Source: Candidatus Bilamarchaeaceae archaeon
GTDB lineage: Archaea > Micrarchaeota > Micrarchaeia > Anstonellales > Bilamarchaeaceae
NCBI GenBank assembly: GCA_038870635.1
Contig: JAVZJR010000004.1
Coordinates: 21,025-85,024 of the forward strand
Length of the DNA stretch: 64,000 nucleotides
Direction of reading: 5' to 3'
Part shown: positions 54,919 through 62,726 of the stretch, in pieces
How the letters are laid out: each line of letters begins with the position of its first letter
Numbering within the stretch: the stretch's first letter is position 1
The notes under the pieces: model-generated
Databases searched by the model: none
What the model was told of the DNA's origin: nothing
The model's input: the letters and a program-made list of their open reading frames with translations, nothing else
Program-made: the position numbers and the translations under genes

Positions 54919-56196
54919 ATGATAGATATTGAATTAATTAGAGAAAATATAGATGTTGTTATTAAATCTTTGAATGATAGAAATCAGGTCAATCTAGTTC
55001 CTGTTGTCAATGAGATTAAATCTTTAGATGATGAGTGGAGAATAAAGAAAAAAGAAGAAGACAAGTTTCGTACGTTGAGAAATCAATTAAGCAACAAAAT
55101 AAATGAAAAGAAAAAGAAAAAAGAAGATTGTTCTTCAGAAATCGCAGAAGCTGCAGAAATAGCAAAAAAAATCGATAATATAAAAATTGAAACAGAGGCT
55201 TTATTAAAAAAAAGAGATTTTTTACTGCTTACTATTCCAGCAATTCCTCATTCAAGTGTGCCAGTTGGAAAAGATGAAAAAGATAACGTTGAAGTAAGAA
55301 GGTGGGGTACGCCTCAAAAAAAAGCAGAAGATGTTCTTTCTCATTATGAGATTGGATTGAAAACTGATTTAATAGATTATGAACGAGGAGTAAAGTTAGC
55401 AGAACATCGGTTTTCTGTTTTAAAAGGTGATTTAGCAAAATTAGAACGCGCTTTGATAAATTTTATGTTATCTGTTCAAATAACCCATGGTTATAAGGAA
55501 TATGCTCTTCCGTATCTTGTGAATACAAAGACTATGACCGGAACAGGGCAATTACCCAAATTTGCAGAAGAATTATACAAATGTAAAGATGATGATCTTT
55601 GGTTGATTCCGACAGCAGAAGTTCCGTTAACTAATCTTTATGCAGGAGAAATTATAGAAGAAAAAAATTTGCCTTTGAAATTAACCGCATTCACTCCTTG
55701 TTTTAGAAGAGAAGCAGGTGCATATGGAAAAGATATTCATGGTTTGATAAGACAACATCAATTCGACAAAGTTGAATTGGTTAAAATAGCACATCCTGAA
55801 AATAGTTATGATGAGCTTGAGACTCTTACTTTAGATGCTGAGAGGATATTGCAGTTGTTAGATTTGCCTTATCGTACTGTTTTGCTGTGTACCGGTGATA
55901 TGGGTTTTGCTTCTACTAAAACATATGATATTGAGGTATGGTTACCAAGTGAAAATAGATATCGTGAAATATCTTCATGCTCTAATTGTGGTGACTTTCA
56001 AGCAAGAAGGGCGAATATAAAGTATCGCGGTAAAGATGGAAAGCTTCACTATGTCCATACTCTTAATGGAAGCGGACTGGCAGTAGGAAGAACTCTTTTG
56101 GCCATCCTTGAGAATTATCAAGAAGATAAAAGCATAATAAAAATACCAAAAGTGCTGCAAGATTTTATGGGCAAGGAAGAGATATCTTTGTTCTAA
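54919..56196 (+). CDS. serS: Seryl-tRNA synthetase
   Basis: N-terminal coiled-coil arm. Class II motifs: FRRE.G..G.D..GL.R.HQF.KVE and the GSGLAVGRTLLAILEN C-terminus. Confidence 0.93.
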   Translation: MIDIELIRENIDVVIKSLNDRNQVNLVPVVNEIKSLDDEWRIKKKEEDKFRTLRNQLSNKINEKKKKKEDCSSEIAEAAEIAKKIDNIKIETEALLKKRDFLLLTIPAIPHSSVPVGKDEKDNVEVRRWGTPQKKAEDVLSHYEIGLKTDLIDYERGVKLAEHRFSVLKGDLAKLERALINFMLSVQITHGYKEYALPYLVNTKTMTGTGQLPKFAEELYKCKDDDLWLIPTAEVPLTNLYAGEIIEEKNLPLKLTAFTPCFRREAGAYGKDIHGLIRQHQFDKVELVKIAHPENSYDELETLTLDAERILQLLDLPYRTVLLCTGDMGFASTKTYDIEVWLPSENRYREISSCSNCGDFQARRANIKYRGKDGKLHYVHTLNGSGLAVGRTLLAILENYQEDKSIIKIPKVLQDFMGKEEISLF

Positions 56197-56226
56197 TCTG
56201 TCTATAGGAGCCATTCAAATTATTTA

Positions 56227-56328
56227 TTTGAAAATGAAAATATTGAGCCAATATTTCATGTGATTTTGTAGTGCTGTTTTTTCAGTATCTGAAAAACTTC
56301 TTATTTTATTTGGATCAATGTTAAGATT
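56227..56328 (-). pseudogene. Remnant of a third methyltransferase paralog (internal fragment, 34 codons)
   Basis: 94 nt (56236-56329) match 57747-57840 with 6 mismatches and a 61-nt perfect core. The fragment reads NLNIDPNKIRSFSDTEKTALQNHMKYWLNIFIFK, in frame directly after the TGA of the upstream gene. Confidence 0.5.
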
Positions 56329-56329
56329 T
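56236..56329. repeat. Copy A of the 94-nt dispersed direct repeat
   Basis: Hand alignment to 57747-57840. Perfect core is 56261-56321. Confidence 0.85.
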
Positions 56330-57528
56330 CATTTTTTCCAAGCAAGTGTAACCATCGCGAATTTTTTTTCAACTACTTGTTTTTCCGTAGTTCTTATGTA
56401 CTTATGTTTTTTTCTTATGTCGTCTGGATTAACTTCAAAACCTGCCTTTATTATTTTTTCTTTTCTATGCTCATACGTTTCGTGGGCCTCAAAAATATTT
56501 AGTTCAACTTTAGTATTTGCGTCATAGTGTAGATTTTGCTGTATTGCTTTTTTTCTTTCCTCTTCTAAACGCTCATGCTCTTCTTTTAATCTTTTTACTA
56601 AATTTTTTATATACAATAACATACCTTCATTTCTTATTTTTTCATCTTCTTTTTTGTTATTCCAATATTGTACTATTTGGGGCCAGCTTGCTTTTTCGAA
56701 AAGATTGATAAAAGAGCACACTTTTTCCTCGTTTATACCAAGGCCTTCCTTTAATAAATAAGCAACGGTTTTAGGCTCATACCATATTTCGCTATACCAA
56801 TCACCTATAATCAAAAAACCATCTTTTTTTATGATATCGTTTATCATTCTTAGATAAGTAGGGAATGAATGATGATGAAACACTGCATTTGACACCACAA
56901 TATCAAAAACACTTTTTTTTAGAAATTGCAGGTGTTGGTAGTCAGTTGCTGTTATTATTTGGTATTGCACTGTAGGATAACTTTTTTGCATTATATCTAC
57001 GAGGTGTGACGTTGATCTGAATGATGGTTCGATTAGATAAACTTCTATATTACTTAAGCCTCTTTTTCCTATTTCGTCATATACCATACTTAATATCGTG
57101 GCTGTTGTTTCCCCTGTGCCTGCGCCTATATCAGCCATTATTAATTTTTTCTTGTTTTTTAATTTTTCTATTATTATTGGTGTTGCAATTTTTCCTATTT
57201 CTGTGTTCAATTGTTGGTTTCCTTCACCCAAGTTACTGTCAATAACTGCTTGATGGATCGCTCGGTAGACGGCATCATTTACAACCCGCCACTCTTTTGA
57301 ATATTCTTCTAGTGATTTTATTTCTAATTTTTGTTGAAGCTCCTTTTCTGATAGGTCTATGTCAATTCCCCAATTTTTTAACGCTTGTGATGCTATTCTC
57401 AATATGCTACCAAGTTTTATAGGAAGGTCTTGTGTTATGGCTTTTATATTTTCATCTATAATTTCTATTTTTTCCATTATCTCTTCGTTTTTTTTGTTAT
57501 TTTTAAGATTAGAGCTCATTATCATCAC
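56329..57528 (-). CDS. Class I SAM-dependent methyltransferase (intact motif I)
   Basis: LIMADIGAGTGETT (motif I), YLIEPS, FDIVVSNAVFHH, KKDGFLIIGD. Confidence 0.75.
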   Translation of the reverse strand: MMIMSSNLKNNKKNEEIMEKIEIIDENIKAITQDLPIKLGSILRIASQALKNWGIDIDLSEKELQQKLEIKSLEEYSKEWRVVNDAVYRAIHQAVIDSNLGEGNQQLNTEIGKIATPIIIEKLKNKKKLIMADIGAGTGETTATILSMVYDEIGKRGLSNIEVYLIEPSFRSTSHLVDIMQKSYPTVQYQIITATDYQHLQFLKKSVFDIVVSNAVFHHHSFPTYLRMINDIIKKDGFLIIGDWYSEIWYEPKTVAYLLKEGLGINEEKVCSFINLFEKASWPQIVQYWNNKKEDEKIRNEGMLLYIKNLVKRLKEEHERLEEERKKAIQQNLHYDANTKVELNIFEAHETYEHRKEKIIKAGFEVNPDDIRKKHKYIRTTEKQVVEKKFAMVTLAWKK

Positions 57529-58688
57529 TCTTTAACGGTAGTGATAAGTCCTACAAAATCAGAAGACGGGTCTACTCTAAATGGATTTTTGAAATTTTTT
57601 GGTAGTTTTAATATTCTTTCTATTTTTTGTTTATCTACTGTAAATTTATATTCTTTTAGTATTTCTATTCTTTCTTGGATTGTTGTGTGGGCGCGTAGGA
57701 AGTATATTGGTTTTATGTTTTTTAATTCCAATTCATGTAATTGTTTGAAAATATTGAACCAATATTCCGTATGATTTTGTAGTGCTGTTTTTTCAGTATC
57801 TGAAAAACTTCTTATTTTATTTGGATCAATGTCAAAATTTTGTGCAAATTTATTTACAATTTCGTTATTAGGACATATATTTTTAAGAAGGTTCACAACA
57901 AATACGGGGTACTCCCATAATGGAGAGAAATAATCTGCTATTATAAAGACTCCATCATCTTTAAGCACTCTTCTTATTTCCATAAGATGGTCTGAAAATG
58001 GTTTGCAATGCATGTGAAAATAAGATATTATTAAATCGAATTCCTTATCTTTTTGAGTTACCATAAATTCATCATCAGTTTTATACTCTGCAGAATAACC
58101 GCCTCTTTTTGTTTCACTTATGTTTTTTAATCCATATATCGGCATTTTATTTATAGTTTCCTCAAGTTTTTTTTGATAAGGTTCTATAAGATAGAATTGT
58201 GTATTTTCAATTAGCGTTGGTTCTCTTTCTTTTAAAGTGTTAATTATGGCAAGTGGTACAGAAGCATTTCTGCTACCAATTATACTTATTTTTATTAATT
58301 CATTTCTTTTTCTTCTTTTTTTTATAGCTTCAAAAGAAATCTCGCTTATTTTATTAACAAGTATGTTCGTATAGTGAGTGTATGGTTGTACTATAAGGCC
58401 ACGTGGATTGATTGTTTTTTCGTTTTGCTCATCTTGACGATCCTTATTAAAAAATTTGTTGAGTTCTTTTAAAAGTTCGTTTTTATTTTCTTCGGTCGCT
58501 TCAAAACCGTAGTTTTTATAATGTCTGCTTGATACTTTTAGCAAGCACCCCGGCCTAATCAATAAGCCACTTCCCTTAAATAATTTTGTTATCTCTTCAT
58601 TAAACGCTTTTATCTCACTTGCATCTGTTCTTATTTTACTTTTTTTGTTATTTTGGTTAAGATCGTTAATTTTTTTTATAGTGTTCAT
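57525..58688 (-). CDS. Methyltransferase-fold paralog with a degenerate SAM-binding glycine loop
   Basis: Collinear with the downstream paralog (YLIEPY, FDLIISYFHMH, KDDGVFIIAD), but motif I reads KISIIGSRNAS. The two genes overlap by 4 nt (ATGA). Confidence 0.6.
   Translation of the reverse strand: MNTIKKINDLNQNNKKSKIRTDASEIKAFNEEITKLFKGSGLLIRPGCLLKVSSRHYKNYGFEATEENKNELLKELNKFFNKDRQDEQNEKTINPRGLIVQPYTHYTNILVNKISEISFEAIKKRRKRNELIKISIIGSRNASVPLAIINTLKEREPTLIENTQFYLIEPYQKKLEETINKMPIYGLKNISETKRGGYSAEYKTDDEFMVTQKDKEFDLIISYFHMHCKPFSDHLMEIRRVLKDDGVFIIADYFSPLWEYPVFVVNLLKNICPNNEIVNKFAQNFDIDPNKIRSFSDTEKTALQNHTEYWFNIFKQLHELELKNIKPIYFLRAHTTIQERIEILKEYKFTVDKQKIERILKLPKNFKNPFRVDPSSDFVGLITTVKE
57747..57840. 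repeat. Copy B of the 94-nt dispersed direct repeat (inside the methyltransferase-like gene)
   Basis: See copy A. Perfect core is 57772-57832. Confidence 0.85.
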
Positions 58689-58772
58689 AAGACCACATAA
58701 ATATTATTTTTTTGAAATAAAAATTTTAAAACTTACTTTTTTTATTTTTACCACATATTATGATTCGTGATA

Positions 58773-58873
58773 TGCGGCTGCCGGGATTTGAACCCGGGTC
58801 ATAGGCTTTTTTCGCTTTTAGCTTGGGAAGCCCATATCCTGACCATTGTCTTTTTTATCTAGACTACAGCCGC
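58773..58873 (-). tRNA. tRNA-Gly(CCC) with two inferred introns (about 12 nt in the D-loop, about 16 nt in the anticodon loop)
   Basis: Hand fold: acceptor GCGGCUG/CAGCCGC + A73, T arm CCGGG-UUCAAAU-CCCGG, anticodon stem UGGGC/GCCUA, loop UUCCCAA. D stem GUCU/GGAU encloses a 21-nt loop region. The gene is 101 nt against a 73-nt mature length. Confidence 0.75.
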
Positions 58874-58881
58874 TTTTTTAA

Positions 58882-59349
58882 CTATTCTTCATTAGAAGCT
58901 TTTTGTTGAAGTTTTAACATTCTAGTTTTTACAGTTATTGGAATTGGAACCGCGACTTCTATGAGTTCGACTGTTACTTCTTCTTTAGATTCATCCACTT
59001 TTATCACTTTTGCTTGTTCTCCTTTAAACGGTCCACCTGTTATTTCTACAACATCGCCTGCGCTTAATGTTACTGCTGGTTGTTTTGATAATGTTAAAAG
59101 TTTTTTTATTTCATCTATTTGTATTGGTTGTGGTAGGAAACCTTTTACATGTTTTACTTTTTGTATTAATTTTGCAACAACATTTTTGTCAAATGCTTCT
59201 ACAAAAATATAACCTTTTATATTTTCCAGGTGGGCTATAGCGTAGACATTTAATTTCTCATTTTTTGCTTTTTTTTCAAGCATTTGCACAACTATTCTTT
59301 CTTGGCCAGTAGTTACTCTTACTGTATAGATCAAATAATCACCTTTCAA
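58882..59349 (-). CDS. spt5: Transcription elongation factor Spt5/NusG
   Basis: NGN domain (IYTVRVTTGQER) plus a KOW motif (GDVVEITGGPFKGEQAKV). TTG start; the alternative TTG at 59334 follows the SD GGTGAT. Confidence 0.88.
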   Translation of the reverse strand: MKGDYLIYTVRVTTGQERIVVQMLEKKAKNEKLNVYAIAHLENIKGYIFVEAFDKNVVAKLIQKVKHVKGFLPQPIQIDEIKKLLTLSKQPAVTLSAGDVVEITGGPFKGEQAKVIKVDESKEEVTVELIEVAVPIPITVKTRMLKLQQKASNEE

Positions 59350-59507
59350 AATAAACTAAATATTACATATATTATCAAACCAACTGTTCCAAAAAGAAGA
59401 ATGCCTAAGCCTGTGACCTTTGCGACTTCAGCAAATTCTTCTGCAGTAGGTTTTCTGGCTATAAGTAAGACACGGTGAATTCTTCTTAATAATTCTTTTA
59501 TGTCCAT
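59346..59507 (-). CDS. secE: Preprotein translocase SecE/Sec61-gamma
   Basis: 53-aa ORF not in the track: MDIKELLRRIHRVLLIARKPTAEEFAEVAKVTGLGILLFGTVGLIIYVIFSLF. Sits in the conserved ftsZ-secE-spt5 position. Confidence 0.75.
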   Translation of the reverse strand: MDIKELLRRIHRVLLIARKPTAEEFAEVAKVTGLGILLFGTVGLIIYVIFSLF

Positions 59508-59519
59508 CTACTTCACCTT

Positions 59520-60668
59520 TTAACCTATTATATCAAGATCTAATGTATCTATGTTTATTTCTTTTGTTCCTTCCTCATATTGAGGGAACCTTACGCCAGC
59601 GAGCACAACTAACACACGCATGGAGGTTTTTCTCATATCTTTTTCTATTCTAGACCCCCAAATTATATGCGCTTCAGGATCTATTCTTTTCGCAGTTTCT
59701 GCTACAACATATTCTGCTTCTTTCAGTGTCATATCTTCTCCACCAATAACATTTATTAATGCTCTCTTTGCACTTCTAAGGTCGGCGTCTAATAATGGAG
59801 AATTAAGCGCAGTTTCTACAGCGAGTTTTGCTCTTTCTTCTGGTTTTGCATCTATTGAAGCTTCGCCTAAACCAATGACTGCATAGCCGGCAGTGCTCAA
59901 TATTGTCTTAAGGTCAGCAAAATCTACATTTACCAAACCAGAACGAGTTACTAGCTCGGTTATGCCTTTTACCGAACCTGCTAATACCTCATCGCAAACT
60001 TTGAATGCAAGATTAAGAGGAAGGTTTGGTACTAAATTAAGAAGTTTATCATTTTTTATTACTATGACTGTATCTACGTTTTTTTTCAATTTTTCTAAAC
60101 CTTTTATTGCATTTTCAAATCTGACTTTTCCTTCCGATGCAAAAGGTAAAGTAACTACTGCAATTGTCAGCGCCCCATTATTTTTTGCTATTTCAGCAAT
60201 AATTGGTGCGCTTCCTGTTCCTGTTCCGCCCCCGAGTCCGCATGTTATAAATACCATAGAGGCATCTTTCAAAACTTCTTTTATTTCTGCAGCTGACTCT
60301 TTAGCCGCTTCTTCTCCTATGATTGGATTAGAACCTGCTCCACGTCCTTGTGTTAGCTTTTTTCCGAGAATTATCTTTTTATGTGCTTTTATTTTAAGCA
60401 GGTGTCTTGCATCTGTATTCATCCCTATAAGTTTAGCTCCTTTTATCCCCATCTCGAAAAGTCGATCTATCGTATTTGTTCCACTTCCACCTGCACCAAC
60501 GACGTATATCTTTTGTTCAGTTTCCGCTAAAAATTTTGCTATTTCTTCATCATCTGAATTTATTTCGGTTCCATCAGTGAAGTGAAACATGTCTTTTGCT
60601 ATTTGTTTTCCCTGTTGTATGTTTTGAGTAGTACTTTCATTTTCTTTTTTTATTCCTTCTTCAGACAT
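59520..60668 (-). CDS. ftsZ: Cell division GTPase FtsZ
   Basis: GAGGSGTN...GGGTGTGSAPIIAEIAK...NVDFADL. Confidence 0.93.
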   Translation of the reverse strand: MSEEGIKKENESTTQNIQQGKQIAKDMFHFTDGTEINSDDEEIAKFLAETEQKIYVVGAGGSGTNTIDRLFEMGIKGAKLIGMNTDARHLLKIKAHKKIILGKKLTQGRGAGSNPIIGEEAAKESAAEIKEVLKDASMVFITCGLGGGTGTGSAPIIAEIAKNNGALTIAVVTLPFASEGKVRFENAIKGLEKLKKNVDTVIVIKNDKLLNLVPNLPLNLAFKVCDEVLAGSVKGITELVTRSGLVNVDFADLKTILSTAGYAVIGLGEASIDAKPEERAKLAVETALNSPLLDADLRSAKRALINVIGGEDMTLKEAEYVVAETAKRIDPEAHIIWGSRIEKDMRKTSMRVLVVLAGVRFPQYEEGTKEINIDTLDLDIIG

Positions 60669-60932
60669 TTTTATCACCAAAATTTGATGTCATATCATTA
60701 TAGCAAAAAGTATTTAACTACTCCGTTAGGAAAATTGAGTTTTTCCTCTAAACATATAAACATAAGGTTTCTATTAATAAATAGTAGATAAAAAATCCAT
60801 TTTTGTTAGCCTACTGTCCTAAATGGTTTATAGCATAAAGGCGCAATATTTTTAAATATTCACTATAAAATAATCTGATACTTTTGTTTTAGGTGGCAGT
60901 AGCTTGCATACTAGATGGCCGCCGGTTGGTGA

Positions 60933-61211
60933 TTGGTTTTGAAAAGTAAGAAAAAGAAAAAAGAGAGTGTAATAGATGTCTTATCTTACCATCTTTCACC
61001 TAAAATGGAAATAGTAAAAGAGAACGTTAAAAATCAACTTCTTAATAAATTAAAAATAGACGATTTTACCCAACTTCCGCTTTTTAGGCACAATGACCCT
61101 GCTGTGAAAAAATTAGGTGCAAAGCCAGGCGATGTCATAAAGATTTATAGAGAGGATGTCACTGGTAAGTACGTTGTGTATCGGTACGTAGTAGAATGTG
61201 AAGAGGATTAG
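60933..61211 (+). CDS. rpoH: RNA polymerase subunit H (Rpo5)
   Basis: SYHLSPKMEIV...LP.....DP..K..GAKPGDVIKI.R....G....YRYVV. Needs a TTG start (60933 or 60939) after the SD GGTGAT. Confidence 0.85.
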   Translation: MVLKSKKKKKESVIDVLSYHLSPKMEIVKENVKNQLLNKLKIDDFTQLPLFRHNDPAVKKLGAKPGDVIKIYREDVTGKYVVYRYVVECEED

Positions 61212-61256
61212 AATTGAAGTTTAATTTATTAATGTTTGTTTTTGGGTGGTGTGTAT

Positions 61257-62717
61257 ATGATTCCAGATTTGATTAATGCATATTTTAGAAGCAATAGTCT
61301 TGTTAATCAACAACTTCAATCCTATAACAAATTTATTGATGTTGGTTTACAATCAGTTATTGATAGTATAGGAAAAATACAAACTAATGTTGAAGGATTT
61401 GAGTTGAAACTTGGTAAAATTAGAGTAGAAAAGCCTAGATATTATGAAGTGAGAGGTGGCTACCGACCGATTATGCCTCAAGAAGCACGGCTTAGAAATA
61501 TTTCTTATGCTGCACCAGTTTTTTTAGAGATAATCCCGGTTTTTAATGGTATCGAGCGACCTACTTATTCAGACGTTTTTATTGGTGAAATCCCAGTTAT
61601 GCTTAAATCTAAACTGTGTTATCTATTTGGCCTTAGTAGAAATGAACTCATTGAGAACGGCGAGGATCCAGATGACCCTGGCGGTTATTTTATTATAAAC
61701 GGGAGCGAGCGAGTGCTTGTAAGTATAGAAGATTTAGTACAAAACAAACTAATGATAAATAGAGAAAAGAAAGGTACTATCGCTAAGATATTCTCAACTC
61801 GTCAAGGTTTTAGAGCACGCTGCGTTGTGGAGAGAAATGTAGAAGGTTTTTATACAGTTGAATTCCCATCCGCACCTCCAGGTATATCACTTGTTTCTCT
61901 TCTAAGAGTTTTGGGAATGGAAAAGGATGAAGATATAAAAAATGAATTTAGCCAGTCTCTTTTAGTACAAAACGATGTGGTCTTGAATCTTGAAGAGGAA
62001 AAGACAAAGACAAGGGACGAGGCAGTGGATGTTTTAAGTAGAAAACTGTCTCCTGGTCAACCTTTAGAATTTAGATTAACTAGGATGGAAAATCTTTTAG
62101 ATAATTATTTGTTACCACACATCGGGGTTACCAAAGCAGAGCGTCTGGAAAAAGCAAGATATCTTATAAGGATGGCTGAGCGTGCAACCCTTGTAGCCCA
62201 TAAGAAATTACCACAAGATGATAAAGACCATTACGCAAATAAAAGAGTAAAATTGGCCGGAGACCTTATGGAGGAATTATTTAGATATGCTTTTCAGTTT
62301 TTGGTAAAGGATTTGGTTTACCAAGCATCTCGTGCAGATGCACGAGGAAGAAGATTGCAAGTTCACACACTTGTAAGACAAGATGCTATGGCGGATAGAA
62401 TAAGATACGCTATGGCCACAGGTAACTGGATTGCTGGCCAAACTGGCGTGTCTCAACTTCTAGATAGAGTGAGTTATCTTTCTACACTTTCTCATCTTAG
62501 AAGAGTTATATCGCCTTTAAGCAAAAAACATCCGCACTTTAAAGCAAGAGATTTGCATGGTACACATATTGGAAAAATCTGTTCCAATGAAACACCAGAA
62601 GGACCTAGTTGTTCATTAGTAAAGAATTTAGCAATTATGGCCGAAGTTTCGATAGGGTATGATGAAGATGAAATAATTAGGTTACTCCGATCTTATGATG
62701 TAAAGATGGAGGGTTAG
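61257..62717 (+). CDS. rpoB2: RNA polymerase subunit B'' (N-terminal part of split RpoB)
   Basis: Strong RpoB N-terminal similarity (GGYFIINGSERVLV..., ANKR...AG.L). Ends before the hybrid-binding domains. Confidence 0.93.
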   Translation: MIPDLINAYFRSNSLVNQQLQSYNKFIDVGLQSVIDSIGKIQTNVEGFELKLGKIRVEKPRYYEVRGGYRPIMPQEARLRNISYAAPVFLEIIPVFNGIERPTYSDVFIGEIPVMLKSKLCYLFGLSRNELIENGEDPDDPGGYFIINGSERVLVSIEDLVQNKLMINREKKGTIAKIFSTRQGFRARCVVERNVEGFYTVEFPSAPPGISLVSLLRVLGMEKDEDIKNEFSQSLLVQNDVVLNLEEEKTKTRDEAVDVLSRKLSPGQPLEFRLTRMENLLDNYLLPHIGVTKAERLEKARYLIRMAERATLVAHKKLPQDDKDHYANKRVKLAGDLMEELFRYAFQFLVKDLVYQASRADARGRRLQVHTLVRQDAMADRIRYAMATGNWIAGQTGVSQLLDRVSYLSTLSHLRRVISPLSKKHPHFKARDLHGTHIGKICSNETPEGPSCSLVKNLAIMAEVSIGYDEDEIIRLLRSYDVKMEG

Positions 62718-62726
62718 GTGTTTAAT

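Noticed and set aside
56329-56331. TGA recoding or read-through as the explanation for the in-frame fragment after the methyltransferase stop
   Set aside because: TGA terminates many well-conserved genes in this window at the expected positions (for example the 864-aa gene, secE, the RpoP-like ORF and the regulator at 33569). The methyltransferase C-terminus also aligns with the end of its paralog. A decayed gene remnant is the simpler explanation.
56236-57840. The 94-nt repeat pair as a diversity-generating retroelement TR/VR pair
   Set aside because: The six mismatches are transitions (t/c and a/g) in both directions and are not confined to adenine positions of one copy. No reverse transcriptase gene is present in the window.
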